Below are positions 40,114 through 51,296 of a DNA stretch of 58,512 bases, in pieces. The notes beneath the pieces are model-generated. The model was not told where the DNA came from, ran no database searches, and saw only the letters and a list, made by a program, of their open reading frames with translations. Every line of letters begins with the position of its first letter. Position 1 is the stretch's first letter. The stretch comes from Barthelona sp. PAP020 (taxonomy: Eukaryota): positions 1 to 58,512 of the forward strand of contig JARQWU010000007.1 of assembly GCA_040182905.1 (NCBI GenBank), given 5' to 3'. Made by a program: the position numbers and the translations under genes.

Positions 40114-41646
40114 ATGAATGATGATGTGATGCAAGATAAAGATATTGAACTCGTTTTATCTGCATATTCAAATGCTTATTCATTTGTACCTTTTCATTCA
40201 TCAACAGAAAAGCGAGAACAAAAATTTTATTATTTTTATTCTAAATATCCATTTATAATACATTTGGAAGAGAAATGGAATTTTATAATTTTTCAGTTCA
40301 TTTCTTCTTTTTTTTTGAAATGTGATGATGCTTGTGAAGTGAATTTTGTTGAAACCACCAATCAAAATTTGTTTATTAATTTGGTAAATGAACTTAATGA
40401 GCTTCGTTTGCGGATTAATAGTAAATATTTTGAAAAGATTGTTATTGTTTGTTGTATTACTTCTTTTTTGATGAAAATGAATTTCTTTTATTCTTTTACA
40501 AAAGTTTCTAAAGTTTTTAAGGTTAATGAAAAGATAGTTTTTTTGGTATGTGATTTTTTTTATAATTTACTGTCGCAATCTGATGAATTTTTACTGAAAG
40601 AGGGATTTGAAATAAATTCAAGCATTTTTAAGCGAAATAACTTGAGTTTTTTGGAAGAAAATGATTCTGTCAAATGGTGGGACGATTTTATTTTTACAGC
40701 AAAATTTCAGAGATTCAACAAATTTTTCAGTGAGCTAGTTGAAATTTTCAATGACTCTGAATCTCAAATACAAACTCAAAATGTGAATCAAGACAAAGAT
40801 GCACTTGAGTCCATAGTTTCATTTGAAAATCACCTTATGGTTTACAGTCAAGCAACTGACATTAGGGATGAAAAAGAACAAGAAAGTCTTTTGAACAATG
40901 ACTTTCACAACTATTTCAGCACGACAAAAAATGATGCTTTTATAGCTCATTTCTTTGAGGTTCTAATAAACTTGGATTTTTTTCGATTGTATTCATTTAA
41001 TTATTCAAATGTGAGTAATTATGTATCTTCTTTAGTTTTATTATGCTTGAATGGAGAAAATATCGAAAATAATGAATGTTTGATGAATATTTTTGAAATT
41101 TATCCAAAATTTGACAAAATTTGCAAGAATTTTGTCGACAGATATGTTCAAAATTCATCATCCACTTTTGTCGAGGTGATATGTAAAGAAACACTACTCA
41201 ACAATTTAATAAATCTTACACATTTATCAAGAATCATTCTTTTTGATTATCTTGAAAATTTTGAACATTTTGAGGAAGAAATGTCAAGAATATTCTTTTT
41301 GTATCATTTAACAAGTTTGTTTATCAAAAAAAAATACAAAGTTTACGATTCAAATTTGAAGTTAGGATGTTATCACTCTTTGGGAAGAAAAAATAACCCG
41401 ATCAAACTTGGAAAACATCAACCAGAAGATTCATTTTCCAAAAAGAAAAAAAAAACAGAATTAAGAAAAAAACAAATTTTAAAAGCTGTTAAATTTGCAA
41501 AAAATATTCAAAATAATAAGTCAAATGACAACCCGTTAAATGATATCGAGCAAAATATATTATCATTGCTAATGGAAGGGTATACTCCATCCATGATCTG
41601 TAAAATGCAAGATAACGACATTTACACAAAAATCGGAAAGAGTTAA
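40114..41646 (+). CDS. Hypothetical protein
   Basis: About 510-aa ORF with first ATG at 40114 and a basic NLS-like KKKKK near the C-terminus. Family not recognised. Confidence 0.7.
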   Translation: MNDDVMQDKDIELVLSAYSNAYSFVPFHSSTEKREQKFYYFYSKYPFIIHLEEKWNFIIFQFISSFFLKCDDACEVNFVETTNQNLFINLVNELNELRLRINSKYFEKIVIVCCITSFLMKMNFFYSFTKVSKVFKVNEKIVFLVCDFFYNLLSQSDEFLLKEGFEINSSIFKRNNLSFLEENDSVKWWDDFIFTAKFQRFNKFFSELVEIFNDSESQIQTQNVNQDKDALESIVSFENHLMVYSQATDIRDEKEQESLLNNDFHNYFSTTKNDAFIAHFFEVLINLDFFRLYSFNYSNVSNYVSSLVLLCLNGENIENNECLMNIFEIYPKFDKICKNFVDRYVQNSSSTFVEVICKETLLNNLINLTHLSRIILFDYLENFEHFEEEMSRIFFLYHLTSLFIKKKYKVYDSNLKLGCYHSLGRKNNPIKLGKHQPEDSFSKKKKKTELRKKQILKAVKFAKNIQNNKSNDNPLNDIEQNILSLLMEGYTPSMICKMQDNDIYTKIGKS

Positions 41647-41649
41647 TCA

Positions 41650-41970
41650 TCATTCAGCAAAATTGAAATTCAAAGAGGTTTTTAAACCAAATAATTCATT
41701 ACATTCATCGATAAATTTTAATCGGATATCTTTTGATTGATATTCTTTCAAAAAAGTAATGGCAAATTTCATTTTGTCAATGTAAATTTTATGAATTTTT
41801 ATTATTAAAATATTCTTTTCATTATTCCAATATATTATTTCATAACAATTTGTTGGTGCCATTAAACCATAAATATCATTGAGACTTTGATTTAATATAT
41901 CAATAATATCATCATTGTAAAAATCCTTTAAATATCCACTAATTTGCAACGATAAATATATGTATTCCAT
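41650..41970 (-). CDS. RNase P/MRP subunit, Pop5/Rpp14-like
   Basis: YIYLSLQI...I...L..IYG..A....EII......LIIKI......KMKFAITF...Y fits the Pop5/Rpp14 fold pattern. 106 aa. Confidence 0.6.
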   Translation of the reverse strand: MEYIYLSLQISGYLKDFYNDDIIDILNQSLNDIYGLMAPTNCYEIIYWNNEKNILIIKIHKIYIDKMKFAITFLKEYQSKDIRLKFIDECNELFGLKTSLNFNFAE

Positions 41971-42100
41971 TAAAATATTAATCAATTGTCCGGAAAGAAT
42001 TATTTAAATGATAAATTCCAAAAACAAATATGTTCAAATGTGGTCTTTATCCAAATTTGGAAGAAATCTTTTCTTTTTTAAATTACCCATTTTTGTAACA

Positions 42101-42889
42101 ATGGGATGTTTTGGTTCAACAAATCAGATTGTTGATCAACAAGAATATTTGGACACTAATTTAAATTTCAGTCCAAGCCAAATTTTTACTTTATCCATGA
42201 CTCCTTCTCAAAGAGTTTCAACAATTCTTAGGGAATTGCAACGTACAATGGCAGAAAATGAATCATCTGTTGAAGTTTTGTTGCATATGAAAGATTTATT
42301 GAAGAAACCAAATTATGTCAAGGCTTTTGCTTCAAGACAAGTGTATCTAGCGTTATTGAAGTTTGTAAGATTATCAGTTGTTACTCCTGAAGAAATAGAA
42401 ATCGCATTATGGTGTTTAATTGAATTTAGTGATAATTTGACGATTCGTACCCAATTATTAAATAATCAAGCACTTGGGACCATAAATGGAGTTATAGATA
42501 GACATTCAGACAATCCTGTCATCTTACGAAGGTGTTTAACACTTCTGGGAAGATTTGCACAATTTTCTACAGCTTCTAACTGGATTATTGATAAAAAAGT
42601 TTTCAAAAAAGTGTCAAAATTGATGAGTGCAGATTTGGAGGATGTTGTTTTCAAGCAATATCTAATATTTACAATTGAGCTATTATTGAATTCAGATTGT
42701 CGCACTACCATTTCAAAATATAATGTATTAGAATTATGTGATGTGTATTTAAACCAATATTCTGATAACATGTATTTGAATCGCTATTGTGCAAAACTTA
42801 AGAAGTTGATGATTATGCCAGCAGATGAGTTAGCTATGATACGAGAACAAAATTCACATTCAGCAGATTTTCGTACTTTATGTGTGTAA
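42101..42889 (+). CDS. Armadillo-repeat protein with dual-acylation N-terminus
   Basis: Starts MGCFGS (myristoyl-Gly, palmitoyl-Cys). ARM-like helices (ALWCLIEFS, RCLTLLGRFA). Confidence 0.75.
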   Translation: MGCFGSTNQIVDQQEYLDTNLNFSPSQIFTLSMTPSQRVSTILRELQRTMAENESSVEVLLHMKDLLKKPNYVKAFASRQVYLALLKFVRLSVVTPEEIEIALWCLIEFSDNLTIRTQLLNNQALGTINGVIDRHSDNPVILRRCLTLLGRFAQFSTASNWIIDKKVFKKVSKLMSADLEDVVFKQYLIFTIELLLNSDCRTTISKYNVLELCDVYLNQYSDNMYLNRYCAKLKKLMIMPADELAMIREQNSHSADFRTLCV

Positions 42890-43050
42890 TGACTTTTCAA
42901 TTTTTTTTAATCGTTTGAAAAGTTTGGGGAATATCTTTGGTTATGAAATAAGAAAATTGTATTTTGAAGCATAAAAAATAGAAATCATTTATATAGTCCT
43001 TTATTAACATTATGTTGGTTTAGTTAATCAGTCTTTTAGTTTTTCTTTTT

Positions 43051-43308
43051 CTATAAATCATCACTTTTAGTTGTAATTTCAAGTAATTTTTGCAGATCGC
43101 CAAAAATGTAAACAAATATAAAAAATGCAAATACTGCAGTAATTATAAATATTAATATTTTTCTTGTTTTTGAAGCTTGTTTTTGAATTGATTCGGATTT
43201 TGATGAAACCTCTTCTTTTTCTTCTTCTTCTTCCTCAATTAAGTTTTCTTCAATTATTTCTTCTTCTTTTTCTTTTTCTTTAATTTCTTTTGCTTTGTTT
43301 TTGGCCAT
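43051..43308 (-). CDS. Small single-pass membrane protein
   Basis: 85 aa: charged K/E N-terminus, one TM helix (ILIFIITAVFAFFIFVYIF) and a short tail. Confidence 0.65.
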   Translation of the reverse strand: MAKNKAKEIKEKEKEEEIIEENLIEEEEEEKEEVSSKSESIQKQASKTRKILIFIITAVFAFFIFVYIFGDLQKLLEITTKSDDL

Positions 43309-43501
43309 CTTTTAAATAAAATGTTAAACTTTGTGTTTTTTTTTCACAGATTTTTTCATAATATTTCTTTTTGGATAGATTCATTATATTTTAATTTGAA
43401 GCCACAGTAGGAATTATATATTATGTTTAATATCTTTTTTATAATTCGAAAAATGAAAAAAAAATCTTTGATTCACACTACTTGCAATTTTTATTCTAAA
43501 T

Positions 43502-44944
43502 CTATTGTAAATTCTTAAACCATTGATACAATCCGAAAATTTCAACAAAAAATCCAAGAACAATCAATGAATAACATTGCCAAACATAAGGCTTAGTTTT
43601 AAGCTTCTTTGATCTTATTTTTGCCATTTTATGAGCTTTAAGATGCATTAAACAAGGTAATTGGAAAAAATAAAAGGGAGATATGGTGGCCCCAGCTAAA
43701 GAAGTAACCAAACTGATGTTTTTCAAAAAATACGCCAAAATGACACAAGTGATGATGATAAACAAAGAAATAAACAATCTTTTTCTGAAACCACTTGAAA
43801 CAACAACAGTTCCAGTATTATGACGTGAGCTGTTTGCAACTCTTTTGCTAAATGCTCCTTCTATTGACAATCTACACGAGTAAGCAAACATTGGATATGT
43901 AAATAGAATGATGCTAATCATTGCAACACGACAAACAACAATCAATGGATCATTGTTGGAGAAACTGTTCAGAATGTTGTCAGCAACATTTGCTCCAAAA
44001 ACTAAATAGCCACAAACTCCAATTAGTGTGTAAACTAATCCAGGTATTAATATTCCAATTGCCGAAGCACTTCGAATTTTATCGAAGCTTCTTCTTTGAA
44101 GGTCCTTATAGATTGGAGCCACTGTGAAATGAGCGAAAAAGCCAAAAATTATTCCGGGAGTGCCTTCAACAAATTTAAGGGAAAATTCAAACATTTTAAT
44201 ATTGTCAATGGCCAAATGATCAATGTTGGAGAAGAATTTGAAGATTATTACCAAAACAATGAAACTAATACAACCAACCGATAGAGTTGAAGTGAATGAT
44301 AAAGATTTTATGTCTTTCATACACATTAATGGTAAACAACAACAAAGAATTACTGCACCAGCCAGAAGTAACATCAAAGTTTTATTTGTTTCACCAAATA
44401 TCAAAGTCATGATCGAAAACAAATAATCTTTGATAATAATGGTGTACGTTGTCAGTCCTAAAAGACAATATATAGCGATGGTAAAGTCTGAATATTTTGA
44501 CATTCTGACCCCAAAGAATTTTTCAACACATAATCGCATTGAAAATCGTTTAGCATATACACTTGAATAAACATAAAGCAGCAAAGTAAATCTGGAAATT
44601 ATCCCAAACAATATCAACAAAATTACACCTCCAATAAGCCCACAACAACTGATAGCATATGGAATCATCAAAGAACCAGCTCCAACCATAGAGTTTGATA
44701 TGTTTGCGACAGTTTGTAATGTAGTAGCTCCATGGCTTTGACAAGGAATTCCAGTATCAATATTGTATGGAATTCCTGAATTCATTATATCGGTATTATC
44801 TTCAATTTCATCAGTTTCATCAGTTAAATTCCGATTTCTAAAACTAAAATCTTTAAAGTTTGGAAGAGATATTCCAATGAACGAAGTTCTACTTGACTTG
44901 AAAGAAGTTGAACGTTCTTGCTTTTCACTGAAATCTTGGTTCAT
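43502..44944 (-). CDS. Amino-acid transporter, SLC38/AAAP family
   Basis: ANISNSMVGAGSLMIPYA...GLIGG, FGFFAH, GVCGYLVFG...NIL, TYPM, SLAGA. About 11 TM segments. ATG at 44944. Confidence 0.92.
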   Translation of the reverse strand: MNQDFSEKQERSTSFKSSRTSFIGISLPNFKDFSFRNRNLTDETDEIEDNTDIMNSGIPYNIDTGIPCQSHGATTLQTVANISNSMVGAGSLMIPYAISCCGLIGGVILLILFGIISRFTLLLYVYSSVYAKRFSMRLCVEKFFGVRMSKYSDFTIAIYCLLGLTTYTIIIKDYLFSIMTLIFGETNKTLMLLLAGAVILCCCLPLMCMKDIKSLSFTSTLSVGCISFIVLVIIFKFFSNIDHLAIDNIKMFEFSLKFVEGTPGIIFGFFAHFTVAPIYKDLQRRSFDKIRSASAIGILIPGLVYTLIGVCGYLVFGANVADNILNSFSNNDPLIVVCRVAMISIILFTYPMFAYSCRLSIEGAFSKRVANSSRHNTGTVVVSSGFRKRLFISLFIIITCVILAYFLKNISLVTSLAGATISPFYFFQLPCLMHLKAHKMAKIRSKKLKTKPYVWQCYSLIVLGFFVEIFGLYQWFKNLQ

Positions 44945-45458
44945 CAGATAGTAAGAAGAAAACAATAATATGGAATTCACAAACAATTTTGAGAATTCAT
45001 TCTGATTTTTTTCTTTTATGGTAAATCCTTGTGATATTTTTGTTAGAAAGATTCAATTTATTTGGATAAATCTAAAAAGCAAAGAACATGAACTATTGGT
45101 TAATTAAAAATTTCATTTTTTTTGGATATTATGATGCAAAAAATATTAATTAGATAAACTATCAAGGTGAATTTAGAAATCTGGATGAACAAACCTCTGT
45201 CAATCAACTATTTGCACTAAAACACATTTTTTTTCTTTTTCATTTTTATACTTAAACATTAATAAGAAAACAAAAATCAGTTGTCTAAACACAATTAATA
45301 AATAAAAAAAAAAGAATGTTATTTTTTCCACATTTTCACTTGTTTGTTTCTGTCTATGGCAGTTTTAACAGGGATATTATCAATAATAAATATTTGGAGA
45401 TAGATGTCCTTGATGATTAGTTCTTTGATTCTTTTATCTCTTTTTTTTTATATTAGGA

Positions 45459-46819
45459 ATGCTTAAATTCTGGTTATTAATAGCACTTTTTGCTGTTATA
45501 TTTGCAAAAACAGAGTTCAATGTTATGATGCCTTTGGAAACTGTTAATCTTCAAGGAGATTTGACTTTTTCTCAAGATACCATTGAAAGTTGGTTTTCGA
45601 AACTGAAAAATGCTGGTGTTGATGGAGTTATGTTAGGTATTAAAATTATTTGTCGGAAAGCTAACAATTAGATGTTTGGTGGGGATTAGTTGAACGCAAA
45701 CCAAAAATTTATGATTTTAAAGCTTATAAAACAATTGCATATTTATGTTCTCGCCATGGTTTGAAACTTCAGTTGGTTGCTTCTTTCCATACTTGTGGTG
45801 GTAACATTGGAGATGCCATTTCTATTGGTTTACCTGATTGGGTTGAAGCTATTGGAAGAGAAAATCCCGATATTTATTACAAAGATCAATGGGGAAATTC
45901 CGATCCTGAATATCTCACATTGGGAATTGATGATATGCGTCTTCTTAATGGTAGAACACCTGTTGAAGTTTATTCTGATTTTGTCAAAGAGTTATTAAGA
46001 CAGATGAAACCATTTTTAAAAACCACCGTAAATGAAATTCAAGTTGGTTTAGGACCTTGTGGTGAACTTAGATATCCTTCATATCAATTATCTCGTTGGA
46101 ATTTCCCTGGTGTTGGTGCTTTCCAATGCTGGGATAAGTATATGTTGGCCGATTTCCGTAATGCTGCAGCAGCCAGAAATCCTGATTGGACCAGTCCTCC
46201 TACTGATGCTGGTGGATATAACTCAAAGGCTGATGATACTTTGTTCTTCAAGGATGGATACAAGACTGCTTATGGTAGATTCTTCATGGCATGGTATTCC
46301 ACTGCGTTGTCCACACATGGATTCAAGATTTTGTCATCTGTCACTAAAGTGAATACATATGATGGAGTTAATATTGCATTTAAGATTGCTGGAATTCATT
46401 GGTACTACAATCATCATTCTCATGCAGCTGAATTGACAGCAGGTTACTACAATACTGATGGACAAGATTGGTACAAATTTACTTTGAACTATTTCGGTGT
46501 ATTGCCTGTGACACTTGATTTCACCTGTTTGGAAATGACTGATGAAGAACAAGCTCAAGGTTGCACTATTAATGGTGTCAATGTGTGTGGTCCTGTTGAG
46601 TTGGTCAAGCAATTAAGAGATACAGCTCAAGCCCAAGGTGTTCCTTTTGCTGGAGAAAACGCAATTCAAAGATTTGATTCTCAAGCCTTTGCTCAAACTT
46701 TGGCTCAAGCTAAACCTTATTGTTCTGCCGTCACTTGGTTAAGATTAGGTAATGATATGTTTAATTCAGGTAATTATAATACAATGAAAGAATATGTTCA
46801 AAAGTTTCATGCTTTATAA
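45459..46819 (+). CDS. Secreted beta-amylase (GH14); 2 exons (45459-45636, 45672-46819), 441 aa
   Basis: Signal peptide, spliced GVDGVMLDVWWGLVE, FHTCGGNIGD, GPCGELRYPSY (catalytic Glu), KIAGIHW, HAAELTAGYYN, FTCLEM, AGENA (catalytic Glu). Confidence 0.95.
45637..45671 (+). other. 35-nt spliceosomal intron (phase 1)
   Basis: AG|GTATTAAAATT...GCTAACAATTAG|. Removal restores the conserved GH14 MLDVWWG motif. Confidence 0.92.
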
Positions 46820-47079
46820 AAGAAGAATGATTTAGTTTCATTCGAACAATTTTTGTAAATGAGATTCTATTTTTATTTTATTTTTTACAATTATTGTGCA
46901 GTGTAAGTTTTTTGGTCATTTTTTTGATTGGTCTAAAAAAAGGATTTTTCTCCAAAACAATTTAGTTTGTAAGAGTGCAATATTTTTACAAAAATATCTC
47001 ATGATAAAAGATAAATATGAAAAAGAAGTACCCATAGAAAGAGTGATGATTTAAAGTCCAAGAATTTTTTTCCCAAAAT

Positions 47080-49506
47080 ATGGGATCATTTTGTTCAAAA
47101 CCAGGTAGAACAGACCCGAATATTATATTAAATGCAGAAGGAACTTTAGAAAATGATGAATCTGAAGGCGAAAAAAGAATTACACTTGATACCAGTGAAA
47201 ATGTTGTTACTGATTCTAACCATTCTTCAGTTGTTGATTTAAATTTACACAAAAGTGATAGATTTAGTTTTTCAGACATTAATCAAATGCAAAATTTTCA
47301 TTCAAATTCAAATTCTTCTTTGAACAATGATTTTGAAAAGAAAGAAGCTGTAGTCAATGAAGAGATTAATCCCATTAATTTAAGTGAAGAATTTCAAGTT
47401 ATTGGAAATATTGGTTCTGGTTCTTTTGGTAGAGTTGATTTAGTGCGTAATGGTGGTGAATTAATTGCTTTAAAGACCATTACTTTACGATCTGGGAATG
47501 ATTTTTTCAAACAATCTGCTGAAAGAGAAATAGCCGTCATGAAAAAAATTAATCATCCCAATTTAGTAAAGTTATATCAAGTTGTCTTCAGTAAAGCACA
47601 AAATAGTTTTCAATCTGATCAATATTTCCTGTTTATGGAGTTTGTTTCCGGTGGAAATCTGTTGAAATATATCACAAATTCAGACAAGCAATTAGATTTC
47701 AAACCTCTGGCAACTGTTCATTGCAAGGATATATTTTTACAAACTCTCAAAGCTTTACACAGTTTACATGGTAATAATATCAGTCATCGTGATATTAAGC
47801 CTGAAAATATTCTTATTGAAACAAAGAAGTCAATGGATGTCTTCAGTGATATTATGAGTGACAAAGATATGGCTAATTCTACTGAAATGTTGGGCAATAA
47901 TATTGCCAGTGATGACACGATTGAGACAGTTAAGATTGGAGATTTTGGTAGTGCATATTGGAAAGGACGTTCTGGTGATACTTTTACAGGTACCCAATTC
48001 TATTTACCGCCAGAACGTATGGGTTATGGAACTGATGAAGAGTATGATTATAGCAAGACACAGGATGGTTTGAATCGTTGGGATATTTATTCTTTTGGTT
48101 TAGTAGTCTATATTATATACTTTGGAAAGCATCCTAGACAAGTGGAAGATGCAAATGGTAACAAATATTTGAGTCGGGAGTATGAAACTATTGAATTCCC
48201 GAAGACTTGTGATGAAGATCTGAAGAACTTACTGGAGGGTATGCTTAGCTGCAATCCTCGTGAACGTCCTACCACTACTGAAATCTTTGAGCATCCTTAT
48301 TTCACAAAGAATAATCTTCATTTGATTGGAAGATTGGTTGAACCTGTTAACTTATCACATCAAGAAGCAAAGAATGCTGTAGATCGAGCATCAAAACCTC
48401 CATTATTCCTTGCTTTGATGGTAAACAAAACCAAGAATTTTCTTGCTGGTCAAAATCCAAGAGAAAGTCAAAAAGATAAGAAGAAAAGGCTACATCAGAA
48501 CATTTTCACCAATTTCATCATGAAGATCACTTTGGAGGGTGGTGAAGCCTCGAGTGAATCTGAATTTGAGGAGATAAATAGTGATTCTAATGCTGAAGAA
48601 ATTGAAGAGATTTCTGATTCTGATGATGAAAGAGGCAACGTTGATTCTATCGAAGTTAAAAGTGTGGGTGAAAATCCACCTTGCAAAAAGGGAAAACAGA
48701 ATCTTGATGTAATAATTAATGACGAAACCCCCACTGTTAACTCTTCGGATATTGAAGATGAAAGGAGGGACAGTGTCAATGAGTTTTCAATGGATGGAAA
48801 TGTAAACAGGAACAGCAACAGGATGTCCGTTCCAATATTAGATTACAGTAGTGCAATAAGCATTTCTGATAATGAATCAAGAGCTGATAGAGGGCTAGAG
48901 GATATAGCTGTACCCGGTTTAGTTATAAATCATGTTAGGAATATATCTTTAGCTGATTTAGATGTGGAACATTCTGATGAAGAAGAAGATCTTGATTTCT
49001 TGGTACAAAATGACCATATGTTGACTCCTACGAAATTTATAAAATTAAATAGTGCTAGAGGAAGTAAGAGTGCAAATGGACAGAGAACTAGCAAGAATGA
49101 CATTTTTGATAAGATTAGCAATGATAACTCGAACTCAGTATTTTATGAAAAGGTCACTTTGTCTGAGAAGAAATTCAAAAAGATCTTTGATCCCAAGAAA
49201 AAACTGAAAAAATTGCTGAACTCAATCGCTTTTTCTGCATCTGTTGCAACAAAAGTATTACATCAAGATGTTGTTGGGAAAATGAAGAGTCGTATGATGG
49301 ATGAAGATGATAGTGATGATGATTTGGAGAATGATATCTTCTTTGAGGTCAGCGGTAGAGTTGTCAATTCGTTTAACGTTGACAGATTACAATTACCTTC
49401 TTTGACAACTCTTTCATGGGAAGAAATCAATGATTTGAACAAAGTTGATGATGATGATGCATTTTCTGTTAAAATTGAAGAGTTGCTGTTCAGTTTTGAT
49501 GAATGA
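47080..49506 (+). CDS. N-myristoylated Ser/Thr protein kinase with long acidic tail
   Basis: MGSFCSK start; IGSGSFG, ALK, HPNLVKL, HRDIKPENIL, DFG, GT..YLPPE, DIYSFG. Confidence 0.92.
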   Translation: MGSFCSKPGRTDPNIILNAEGTLENDESEGEKRITLDTSENVVTDSNHSSVVDLNLHKSDRFSFSDINQMQNFHSNSNSSLNNDFEKKEAVVNEEINPINLSEEFQVIGNIGSGSFGRVDLVRNGGELIALKTITLRSGNDFFKQSAEREIAVMKKINHPNLVKLYQVVFSKAQNSFQSDQYFLFMEFVSGGNLLKYITNSDKQLDFKPLATVHCKDIFLQTLKALHSLHGNNISHRDIKPENILIETKKSMDVFSDIMSDKDMANSTEMLGNNIASDDTIETVKIGDFGSAYWKGRSGDTFTGTQFYLPPERMGYGTDEEYDYSKTQDGLNRWDIYSFGLVVYIIYFGKHPRQVEDANGNKYLSREYETIEFPKTCDEDLKNLLEGMLSCNPRERPTTTEIFEHPYFTKNNLHLIGRLVEPVNLSHQEAKNAVDRASKPPLFLALMVNKTKNFLAGQNPRESQKDKKKRLHQNIFTNFIMKITLEGGEASSESEFEEINSDSNAEEIEEISDSDDERGNVDSIEVKSVGENPPCKKGKQNLDVIINDETPTVNSSDIEDERRDSVNEFSMDGNVNRNSNRMSVPILDYSSAISISDNESRADRGLEDIAVPGLVINHVRNISLADLDVEHSDEEEDLDFLVQNDHMLTPTKFIKLNSARGSKSANGQRTSKNDIFDKISNDNSNSVFYEKVTLSEKKFKKIFDPKKKLKKLLNSIAFSASVATKVLHQDVVGKMKSRMMDEDDSDDDLENDIFFEVSGRVVNSFNVDRLQLPSLTTLSWEEINDLNKVDDDDAFSVKIEELLFSFDE

Positions 49507-50067
49507 GTTCAAGTTAACAAATTTTCAAACTTTTAGACTTTCAGATTCGTATAATTTTTCCATTTGATTGCTATCTAATCAATTCTCAAATCAAAGCAAT
49601 CTGTTTTTTTTTTTTTTGACGACACAAATTTTTATACCCTCAATCTATCAATCATATATATCATTTCTTTAGCTTGAAGAATACCACATTTTGTAAAATA
49701 TTTCTTTTATTGTTACAATAATCTTTTGCTTTCACTGCATTAAACTGGGTAGTTTACAGTTTTGGTTGAAAGATTCCTTGTGACAATGGTATTTTTCTTT
49801 TTTATTCATTCTTCTTTCTCTTTCCATGTTTTTTCTTTTTTTCTTTTTCAAAACGACCCAACAAAACATAGACAAAAAATAAAACCATAAAACAAGATTT
49901 ACACAACTTAAAGCTTCACATCCCTGAAGCCACAGGTGGCTACATTGAATCTATTCTCATCACTTCAATGTTCAATTAATAGAAAATGAAAAGAGATCGA
50001 AATGTAGTTCCAAAGCAATGCTACATGTTCAACATCCTCATACGTATGTTGTATCACTATATTTACT

Positions 50068-51028
50068 TTATAGGGAACATTTCACCAGCCACTCATCAAT
50101 ACTATCATCACTTTGTTCATTCATGAATGACCGCATATTACGTCCTTTGTTTTTATTTAGGTCAACCAAATCCCAACATGTGGCAATAATCGTTAAAACT
50201 TCTCTTCATTCATGAAAATAACTCCAGTTACTAGTTGTCTGATCAGAGTATTCATATTCATATCAATGAGATTCGAAAAAATACAACCACTGTTCTTGGA
50301 TAATTCGATGAGTTGGGATTCAGAGTAAGCCTCCCATTCAAACACAAACGAATGTACTCTAATTGTGTTGTTCGTGCAGTTTCTGTATGACAACTGTATC
50401 TTATCAGGGAAAAACGCAAATGAAAAATCTACTTTTGGATTTCTTCAAAGCTATTCACATTGTATGAAGTAATATAACCATCACCAAACATGATAAGAAG
50501 AATATTAGGGGTTAAAAAATGAAGGGAACATACTTTACCACCCATATCAAAAATGTGAAAAAAGTGATTCATCTTCCATGTTAAAGAGTTTGACTGTATT
50601 TGATGCATCGCCAACAGCAATTATTCTGTTGCTTAGGTGGAATTTAATGCTTTGATTTTCATTTCATGATAGTATTTGTGAAAAACAGATAAATCTTCTG
50701 GGTCAACTATCTTGGCAGTTGATTTCCAACCCGAACTCCCTGTCAAAAGATATTTACCATCCAATGAAAGTTTGAGTCTCCTAATGACAGTCAAATGAAG
50801 TCGGTGTTCCAAGACCATATCACCATTGCTTAGACTCCACTTTTTCAGGTTTCCATTGAAATCACCAGTAAAGAGATAATTAGAACATGATGAAAAACAA
50901 ACTGAATAAACATCTACATTGTTTGTAAATAAACCTTCAATTTCGAAAAAACTTTTTTCATCAATTTTTCGAGAAAGCAAACGATCAATAGTTTTCTTCT
51001 TTAATTCCTTACTTGATTTAACGGACAT
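50068..51028 (-). pseudogene. Disrupted WD40-repeat gene (lineage-specific family, copy 1)
   Basis: WD40 start (VYSVCFS...LFTGDFNGNLKKW) continues through at least 4 frameshifts or stops into ...LIRQLVTG.FMN...TCWDLVDLNKNKGRN. Confidence 0.8.
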
Positions 51029-51296
51029 ATCAACTTTTTAAAAGAAAATTGAAACATGCGAAAAATACTCAATCAAAGAATTTTCAAAGTCAAAAAGGAT
51101 CTCAATTTTCCTTTTTCTTTTTTTCAATTCACTTTCTTCTGAGTCAATTAATGGTGCTAAACTGAACCATTTGGGGTTGATACAAACAAAAAAAAAAAAA
51201 ATGAAAATTTTACAAAATTTGAAGTATATTTGGTTGTAAATTGTTTCGTTTCAGCAAAATTTGCCACACTAACTTATTAAAATCTGTTGAATTTTC

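Noticed and set aside
40114..41646. Rab3GAP catalytic-subunit identity
   Set aside because: Only faint resemblance. The conserved DMxxFKAANPG...DFVRW motif is not present.
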